Shown piece by piece: positions 57,522-64,000 of a stretch of DNA of 64,000 nucleotides. The notes under the pieces are model-generated. The model was not told the origin of the DNA. It saw only the letters and a list, made by a program, of their open reading frames with translations, and did not search any database. The stretch lies in contig CBDBOV010000005.1 of NCBI GenBank assembly GCA_965208575.1, positions 960,001-1,024,000 on the forward strand, read 5' to 3'. Made by a program: the position numbers and the translations under genes. Source of the DNA: Spirochaetia bacterium (GTDB lineage: Bacteria; Spirochaetota; Spirochaetia; SZUA-6; Bin103). Position 1 is the first letter of the stretch, and each line of letters starts with the position of its first letter.

Positions 57522-57894
57522 TCGGCGACCTTGGCGAGCGAGTTGGCGGCGATGCTGCAGGGGGATTCCTGCTCCAGGAGCGGGGCGCCGTCGGCGTCGC
57601 GGATCTGCCAGCGCAGCTGCCGTCCGGTTCCCCGAAGTCACCGCTGCCCTCCGGGTCGGTGGCGAACCTCCAACGCCCGGCGAGCGACCTGACCTTGTTA
57701 TGGACAAGCACTCCAACGGTCCCCACGCCGAGTCGCTGCCACAACTTGGGTAGTCCGGTCCGGCAGTCCCTGCCGTCCGATTTCACGGAATCTGTGCACT
57801 GCACCAATCATGATGCACAAAATTGGCAACTTTCGTGCACTACGATGCAAACTAGGGCTGAGAATCCAGGGGCGGCGGAGGTAGGCTGTTGGCT

Positions 57895-58611
57895 TCAGGT
57901 CCTGCCCTTGACAGCGAATGCCCGCGCGGCACCCAGGAACAGGTCCGATACGGGATTTTCCCACATCACGTCGTCGGTCACCATTTTGCCTGCAGCGCGT
58001 ATCTGCTGCGTTCCCGCCGCGATCGCTTGTTCGACTTTCGGATGGTCGAACTGACCAGGCAGCCCCATGTCCAGCGAGATGTCATGTACACCGAACTTGA
58101 AAAAGTCCAGCCCGTCTACGGTCAGAATCTCCGCCAAGTTGTCGAACCCTTCCTGCTCCTCGATCATTCCACAGATAAACATCTCTTCGTTAGCGCGGCG
58201 CATGTGCTCACTGGCTGAGTCGGGGACACCGTAGTAATCGCCACGGGCATTGCCGTAACTGCGCATTCCCCGGGGTGCGAAAAGACATGCTCCCACCAGT
58301 TGCTCGGCCTGCGCCCTGGTTCTTATATGGGGACCGATAATCCCCATGGCACCCCTGACAATGAAGCGCAAAATCGTGCTGGGCTCGACATCAACCACTC
58401 GCACGATAGGAGTTATCCCGGCCAGCTCCGCCGCCCGGCACATCGTCTCTACGTCACTCAAGGAGAAGGAACCGTGTTCGCAATCCACGAACACGTAATC
58501 GATCCCGGCTATCCCCATGACTTCCACCAGGTCAGGACTGCAAAACGGTATTTGCAGCCCCACCGCCTTCTCACCTGCCTTGACCTTGGCTAATATCTTG
58601 TTGGTGTGCAT
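57895..58611 (-). CDS. HpcH/HpaI aldolase family protein
   Basis: DYVFVDCEHG, PIVRV, P.GMRS, MIEE..G..NL.EIL.VDGLD. Confidence 0.9.
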   Translation of the reverse strand: MHTNKILAKVKAGEKAVGLQIPFCSPDLVEVMGIAGIDYVFVDCEHGSFSLSDVETMCRAAELAGITPIVRVVDVEPSTILRFIVRGAMGIIGPHIRTRAQAEQLVGACLFAPRGMRSYGNARGDYYGVPDSASEHMRRANEEMFICGMIEEQEGFDNLAEILTVDGLDFFKFGVHDISLDMGLPGQFDHPKVEQAIAAGTQQIRAAGKMVTDDVMWENPVSDLFLGAARAFAVKGRT

Positions 58612-58627
58612 CTCGTTCCTCCTTCGC

Positions 58628-59713
58628 TTATTGGGCCTGGATTGCCAAGTGGCGCTCAAGTTGATTCAGGTTTGGTGGTCCGGGCTTCGCCTCTCCACTC
58701 TCCACCTTCTTCACCAGCTCGACCACAGTCTGGTTTAGCGGTATGGACACCCCCACGTCTCGGCCCTTGTGCACAACGTAACCGTTGAGATAGTCTATTT
58801 CCGTCCGCCTCCCCTTGATCACGTCCTGAAGAAGGGATGCCCGTGGCGGCACGCCCAGAAAACGCGCTTGGTCGGGGGTCACGCTTCTGTCACGCGAGCC
58901 CGATTCCACCTTGGCCGCCAAGGCGGTCAGCGCGTCAGGTGTGGTCGCTTCGGCAAACTCCTGAACGGAAACGCCATATATCGGCTCGACCTCAACCCCG
59001 AGCTCCTGCGCTACCAACACTACCTCCCGGCCGAGCACCATCCTGACAAGGGCGGCACGCTCCTGCTGCTCCTGGCTCAGTGAGGATGCCGCCGGTCCGA
59101 GCAGCCCGGCAAGAGCATTGCCCATGCAATTGACTACCATCTTGGACCACCGTGCCCCGCCAATGTTGCTCGTCACCTCGCTCGGGCCCACAGCCCTCAA
59201 GACGTCGGCTACGTTGCGAACCCGCGGCGTCGCTGCGCCGGAAAGTTCGCCAACGGCGAAGGTGTGAACAGTGATAGGCTCGGTGCGCACGACGCACCCC
59301 GGCTCGTACGTTGCCGCCCCCAACTGCACCACGCATCCCGCGGTGCGGTCGAAACCGACGACACTCGCCACCACCTCGTCGTTCAAACCGTTCTGCGCTG
59401 AAAGCATGAGCCCCGTGGGCTTCAGGTATGGTGCTATGAAGTGTGTCGCCCAAACGGTGTCGTACGACTTGACCGCCAGGAAAACCATATCGAACTGGTC
59501 CTGAAGGCCGCTTACCTCGCACAAGTGCAAGGCCTTGACCGGCACGGTGAACTCTTTCTCCGGATCCCTCACCGTAAGACCGTCGCGCTTCATCCTGTCC
59601 ACATGCTCCGGCCACTGGTCCATCAACGTCACATCATGGCCCTTCAGTGCGAGGTAGGCCGCGATGCAACTGCCAACAGCCCCGGCTCCTAGTACTGCAA
59701 TTCGGTTGGCCAG
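58628..59713 (-). CDS. Ketopantoate reductase family protein (probable CTG start)
   Basis: The frame extends upstream of the ORF call to RIAVLGAGAVG. Also AVKSYD, QNG, SLLQD..GRRTEIDYLNG. Confidence 0.88.
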   Translation of the reverse strand: MANRIAVLGAGAVGSCIAAYLALKGHDVTLMDQWPEHVDRMKRDGLTVRDPEKEFTVPVKALHLCEVSGLQDQFDMVFLAVKSYDTVWATHFIAPYLKPTGLMLSAQNGLNDEVVASVVGFDRTAGCVVQLGAATYEPGCVVRTEPITVHTFAVGELSGAATPRVRNVADVLRAVGPSEVTSNIGGARWSKMVVNCMGNALAGLLGPAASSLSQEQQERAALVRMVLGREVVLVAQELGVEVEPIYGVSVQEFAEATTPDALTALAAKVESGSRDRSVTPDQARFLGVPPRASLLQDVIKGRRTEIDYLNGYVVHKGRDVGVSIPLNQTVVELVKKVESGEAKPGPPNLNQLERHLAIQAQ

Positions 59714-59770
59714 GTCATCACCTCCGTTTTGATATTGGCACTTAAATAGGATATTGTCAATTTCTCCACT

Positions 59771-60613
59771 TCAGTCGCGCAATATCATCCCTCCGTCCAC
59801 GTGTATGCATTGTCCCGTCACGTTACGGGCGTCTTCCGAAGCAAGAAACGCCGCCATCTTGGCGATCTCTTCCGGTGTCTGCTCGCGGCCCAGCGGTACC
59901 TCTGCGGCACGCATATCCAGGTACACATCGTGCGGGTCCTTGTCGGCCAGTTCGGGGCTGACGCGGATCATCTCCTCGATCGGCCGGCGAACGGTTGGCG
60001 TCCATACCATTGACGGGCAGATTGCGTTCACGTTGATGTTGAAGGCAGAGACCTGGTGAACGAGCGCCTTGGTATATCTGAGCAATGCCGCTTTGCTCAC
60101 CGGGTAGGCATTCGGGTATCCCAACCCTGCTACCCGTGGGGGGCGGCCGGCGTGTCCTGCAACGGAACCGATGTTGATTATCTTTCCGTACCGCCTTTCC
60201 TTCATATGCGGTATGACGGCCTCACAGCAATGCACAGGGCCCAACACGTTCACGGCAAGGACGACCTGCCAATCCTCATCCGTATCCATCCCGTCTTCAT
60301 GAGACGTGCTCTTGGGGGCAGATACAACCGAGGCGTTGTTGACCAGGATGTCAATGTTGCCGAAGGTATCCAGAGCCATCTTGACAGCGGCGACCGCCGA
60401 GTCCCGCCTGGCAACGTCCAGTTGTACCACCAGAGGCTTGCGCCCCAGCATCTCTATCTCCTTGGCTACCTCACGTGCCCCTTCCGTGTCTATATCGGCT
60501 GCAACTATGTCAGCCCCTTGTTCCGCCATGATCAGACAGATGCTCCGGCCTATCCCCTGGCTTGCCCCCGTAACAAATGCTACCCTGCCTGCAAGGTCTC
60601 CAAGCACAATCAT
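59771..60613 (-). CDS. SDR family oxidoreductase
   Basis: VTGASQGIG, NNA, YPVSK, VTGQCIHVDGG. Confidence 0.93.
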   Translation of the reverse strand: MIVLGDLAGRVAFVTGASQGIGRSICLIMAEQGADIVAADIDTEGAREVAKEIEMLGRKPLVVQLDVARRDSAVAAVKMALDTFGNIDILVNNASVVSAPKSTSHEDGMDTDEDWQVVLAVNVLGPVHCCEAVIPHMKERRYGKIINIGSVAGHAGRPPRVAGLGYPNAYPVSKAALLRYTKALVHQVSAFNINVNAICPSMVWTPTVRRPIEEMIRVSPELADKDPHDVYLDMRAAEVPLGREQTPEEIAKMAAFLASEDARNVTGQCIHVDGGMILRD

Positions 60614-60766
60614 CTCCTACTATCGTTGTGTCAGTATGGTGGGACCATGATGCATGATGGTTCCTTGATTTTACCATCTTACAAGTTGCATGGCCAATCA
60701 CCAACAATTTGAACAAAAGCCAAACAGCCCACAGAGGCGACGGCTGTTCGGGCTTCGTGCGGCTGC

Positions 60767-61614
60767 TCACCGCGGCCAGCGGCGGTCCAGGGCAGGGAGG
60801 TCCGGAAACGGGGCGTGCGGTTCAATCTGGTACCAGTAGGCGACGGAGGCGATGTCGTCGGCCAGGGGCTGGTACTTGCGGTTGGGCCACCAGCCGAGCG
60901 CCTGGATGGTCACGCGCAGGTCGCTGGCGAAGTGGATCGGGTCCACGAGGTGCCAGCGGTACAGGCTCCACTTGGACGGGCCGTCCTCCTCCGCGCACTT
61001 GTGCACGCCGACGTAGGCGGTGTGGTAGTTCTCGGGGAAGCCGTAGCTGCCGCACAGGTAGTCCTCGGTGCCGGTGCCGCAGATGGTCGGGAACCGGGTG
61101 TCGCCGTCCAGGTAGAACTTGATCTCGCCCTCGCCGAACCAGCCCTGCAGCACTGCCGGAACGGCATCGGCCAGTAGCAGTTGAACGCCGACTTGGGGTT
61201 GCAGATCACCGCCAGCGAATTGACCGGCGCGAAGCTGTTGTGCCCCACCGCGAAGAAGTCGGACACCGGCGTCTCGATCGACGGCGTCTCCTCGCCGTCC
61301 CAGTAGAAGCGGATGATGTGCGAGCGTCCCTTGGCCGGGTCGGCCACCAGCCAGATGTGCTGAATCACGCCCGGCCCTTCCACCTCTATCACGGTGTGGG
61401 TCGCGCCCGCCGGCACCTTGACGAACGGGCTTACCTTCCAGCCCTGCCCCAGGTCGCCCGCCGCATCGCTGAACGGCAGCGTCTCCGGATCGGGAACCGC
61501 CATCGCTCCCTTGCCCTTCTCCCCGGTGGGATTCTCCGGGCAGACCGACCGCGTACGCGCGCCGGAGAGCAGCGGCAGACCGGACAGTCCGGCGCCAAGC
61601 GCAAAGTTGCTCAT
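60767..61614 (-). pseudogene. DUF2961 (GH172-like) gene with internal deletion/frameshift
   Basis: ENPTGEKGKG..GQGWKVSP..GPGVIQHIW..NCYWPMPF is joined out of frame near 61155 to GWFGEGEIKFYLDGD..GTGTEDY..SVAYWYQ. Confidence 0.85.
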
Positions 61615-61784
61615 CGCCGCTCCACTATACCCTGCCGGCGTTGGCCCGTCGCTCTGCGCCGTGGCTCGCGTGCCGGCGTCGACCTCCCGTCCAGCCGCGG
61701 GCCCAGTGGTTCTGCGGCAAAGTTGTGTGGACGACCGCCACGGCGAGCGGCTACACTGGATGCGGCCCGTGAGGAGGTGGCGCG

Positions 61785-62468
61785 ATGAGTAGCGCGGCAG
61801 CGGCTCCGGTCGCGGTCGAGTACCCCGACTCGGACGGCAAGCCGGTGGCGGAGAGCGATTTCCAACTCAATGAGCTGATCTACGCGCGGGAAGGGTTGCG
61901 TATCTACTACCGCGACCGGCGCGGTCGCGACGACGTGTACGTGGCCGGCAATCTGCTGATCTACTATGAGCAGGGTAACCCCCGAGCCTCGGTTGCGCCG
62001 GACGTATTCGTGGTGATTGGAGTGGCGAACCACGACCGGAGGTCCTACCGGCTCTGGGATGAGGGGGCCAAGGCGCCGGACTTCGTGCTTGAGATCACGT
62101 CGCACAGTACGCGGGAAGAGGACCAGGGGCACAAGCGGGAACTGTATCGCCGGTTGGGCGTGAAGGAGTACTGGCAGTACGATCCGACCGGTGACTATCT
62201 GAAGCCGGTGCTGCAGGGGCTGGTGTTGGCGGCGGGCGAGTACGGGCCGATTGCCGGAGGTGAGACGCCGTCCGGACGGCTGGCGGTGGCGAGCGAGGTG
62301 CTGGGACTGGAACTGCACGTCACGGACGATGGGCTCCGGTTCCATGATCCGGACATGGGGCAGTACGTCATGTCGCACGCGGAAGCGGAAGCGGCGCGGG
62401 CGGCAGCGGAAGCACGGGTCGCGGAACTGGAGGCGAGCCTGCGGGGCCATGGCGCCCCTGCACGGTGA
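61785..62468 (+). CDS. Uma2 (DUF820) family endonuclease
   Basis: YPDSDGKP.AE, APDVFVV, PDFVLEITS, LGVKEYWQYDP. Confidence 0.93.
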   Translation: MSSAAAAPVAVEYPDSDGKPVAESDFQLNELIYAREGLRIYYRDRRGRDDVYVAGNLLIYYEQGNPRASVAPDVFVVIGVANHDRRSYRLWDEGAKAPDFVLEITSHSTREEDQGHKRELYRRLGVKEYWQYDPTGDYLKPVLQGLVLAAGEYGPIAGGETPSGRLAVASEVLGLELHVTDDGLRFHDPDMGQYVMSHAEAEAARAAAEARVAELEASLRGHGAPAR

Positions 62469-62565
62469 GCGGAGCGGCGACCGCGCCGGGCGCACGCCAT
62501 TCCCGGCGGCATGCTGACGGGTGCTATCGTCAGCCGTGTTTGCGCGGCGATGCCCCGTGTGCAGT

Positions 62566-62859
62566 CTATGCGCCGAGTTCTTCTTGAACGATCGAAGGGC
62601 GTTTGTCGATCAGGGCGAGCAGCACGCGGGCGGATCCCTCCGGGCGCCTGCGACCTTGCTCCCAGTTCTTGAGTGTTCCGAGTGGAACGCCGATGCTTCT
62701 GGCAAACGCCGGCTGGGAGAGCCCGGTTCGGCTGCGGATCGAGGCGACATCCGGTTCGGGCACGTTGACGTCACGCACGTTGTACCCGGCTCGCGCACCG
62801 TGCAGGTACGCCTCTGCGTCCTCAAGACCGGCCATGATCTTCTCGAATGCGTTGCTCAT
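62566..62859 (-). CDS. higA: HigA-type HTH antitoxin
   Basis: IRSRTGLSQPAFA..IGVPLGTLKNWEQGRRRPEG. Confidence 0.88.
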   Translation of the reverse strand: MSNAFEKIMAGLEDAEAYLHGARAGYNVRDVNVPEPDVASIRSRTGLSQPAFARSIGVPLGTLKNWEQGRRRPEGSARVLLALIDKRPSIVQEELGA

Positions 62860-62954
62860 TTTCGGCTCCGATAGTCCTCTGCCTGTGACAGCACCCTCTT
62901 TGCCGCCGCGAGGTATGCCGGGGTCTCCACGACGGTCTGAAGGCGAGCCCGCAC
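62856..62954 (-). pseudogene. Collapsed HigB/RelE-type toxin (32 aa)
   Basis: Manual translation MRARLQTVVETPAYLAAAKRVLSQAEDYRSRK*. The stop overlaps the higA ATG. Confidence 0.7.
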
Positions 62955-63033
62955 GGTGCAGAAGATAGGCGCCACTGGCGTCGGCGTCAATGGCGCCTAC
63001 GCGGGCATGCAGACAGAGAGAAGGATGTTGGAG

Positions 63034-64000
63034 TTATTCGAGGTCGTGCTCGGGGCGCAGGCAGCGGATCTCCTTGAAGGTTCGGTAGTCGCGGATGGTG
63101 GCGCCGTCGGCGAAGGTGGCCGCGTACAGGGAGGCCCGCGTGGCCGTGAGATAGAGGCGGATCGGTCGCTCCATGAAGGCGGCCGGGCTCGGATTGCCGC
63201 GCCAGCGAACCGGGGCGGCGGTTGCGTCGGCTTCCAGCGGTACGCAGTTGTGCAGTTCGAAGCCGGGAATCGGTGTCCCGTCGACGTTGCGCAGCTCTGC
63301 GCGGACGCTGCCGCCGGCGGGCGCGGCGTTCAGGAACAGGGTGGGGGAGCGGGTGGCGAACGCGCGCGTCAGGATCTCGGCCGGCTCGGCGCCGGCATCG
63401 AGGCTCAGGAAGCGGTCGGGCCGTAGCGACGCGGCGCCGATGCGGAACCGCTTGGAGGCGTACTCGTCGCCGTGCTGCCGCTCGCAGCCGGCGAAGTAGA
63501 AGCGGATCTCGTCGGCGAAGAACAGCGGAGAGGAGGCGGGCGAGATCAGGCCGGCGGTCCAGCCATCCGGATCGCGCGGCAGGAAGTTCTCGCCCTGGGC
63601 GGGCCGGTGCCAGCAGTAGCCGCCGCGGCTGAACGCCAGCTCGATGTCCCAGTTGCCGTTCATCTTGGTGGGGCCCAGGTCGGTCTCCCAGGTGGTGTAG
63701 CGGTGCAGCCAGCCGAGCACGTAAGCGCCGTAGGGGGTCATCTGCATGCTGTAGAACTGGGTCTGGATCGGATCGCGGAGGTCCGGCTCCAGGGCCAGCA
63801 CCGGCCGCCGCCAGGAGAGAAAGTCCTCGCTCTCGCTGCGCCACACGCGCCGGTCCGGGCACGCGTCCCGGAACGAAGCGTGGTACCGGCCCGACGCCGG
63901 ATCGCGGAACAGGCCGATGTGGCTGTCGCTGTCGGCGTGGATCAGCGGCTCGTCGCGTACCAGCTCCCAGTGGATGCCGTCGCGCGACACGTACCCGGCC
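63034..64000 (-). CDS. Putative beta-propeller glycosidase-like protein, 5' end beyond the window
   Basis: Asp-box-like repeats SRDGIHW, SEDFLSW and SRGGYCW, plus IRFYFAG and LRPDRFLSL. Confidence 0.7.
   Translation of the reverse strand, partial: AGYVSRDGIHWELVRDEPLIHADSDSHIGLFRDPASGRYHASFRDACPDRRVWRSESEDFLSWRRPVLALEPDLRDPIQTQFYSMQMTPYGAYVLGWLHRYTTWETDLGPTKMNGNWDIELAFSRGGYCWHRPAQGENFLPRDPDGWTAGLISPASSPLFFADEIRFYFAGCERQHGDEYASKRFRIGAASLRPDRFLSLDAGAEPAEILTRAFATRSPTLFLNAAPAGGSVRAELRNVDGTPIPGFELHNCVPLEADATAAPVRWRGNPSPAAFMERPIRLYLTATRASLYAATFADGATIRDYRTFKEIRCLRPEHDLE

Larger units (their letters stand above)
55890..57720 (-). pseudogene. Collapsed GH2-like glycosidase remnant interrupted by an IS
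   Basis: RSLAGRWRFATDP (GH2-like N-terminus) jumps to LRWQIRDADG..LAKVAE | IS | VAWTIP..YRITVELS..LSTNEY. Confidence 0.55.

Noticed and set aside
57820-57850. Palindrome TGCACAAAATTGGCAACTTTCGTGCA as an operator
   Set aside because: No intact adjacent gene to assign it to.

Overview
High-GC bacterial window. The Cys-less 'ASGEEE / ASPSTEE / GSPAGEE' leaders of its ABC binding proteins suggest a Spirochaetota genome, possibly a host-associated MAG (inference). The backbone is carbohydrate/peptide scavenging: three family-5 (Opp/Dpp-type) ABC clusters plus a lone binding-protein gene, all without ATPase genes, and an FGGY kinase, sulfatase, GH127, SDRs, and M16 and M1 peptidases. It is interspersed with at least 7 toxin-antitoxin-like modules, two ISKra4/ISLre2-like IS elements with clear TIRs and TSDs, AAA ATPases and Uma2. 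Most notable are four things. (1) A lower-GC 5.9-kb cassette encodes an SF2 helicase fused to a STAND-type ATPase, plus a coupled second STAND-like ATPase with a degenerate Walker B (candidate undescribed defence system). (2) This cassette is bounded by an exact 111-bp direct repeat of an oppC-type permease 3' end with no integrase, and the same permease tail marks other module junctions. (3) Many 'collapsed' genes keep both ends but have lost their middle. (4) An AbiEi/nucleotidyltransferase pair is followed by a decayed caspase-like/helicase gene. No tRNA, rRNA or CRISPR array was seen. All family assignments come from motif recognition by eye, not database searches.
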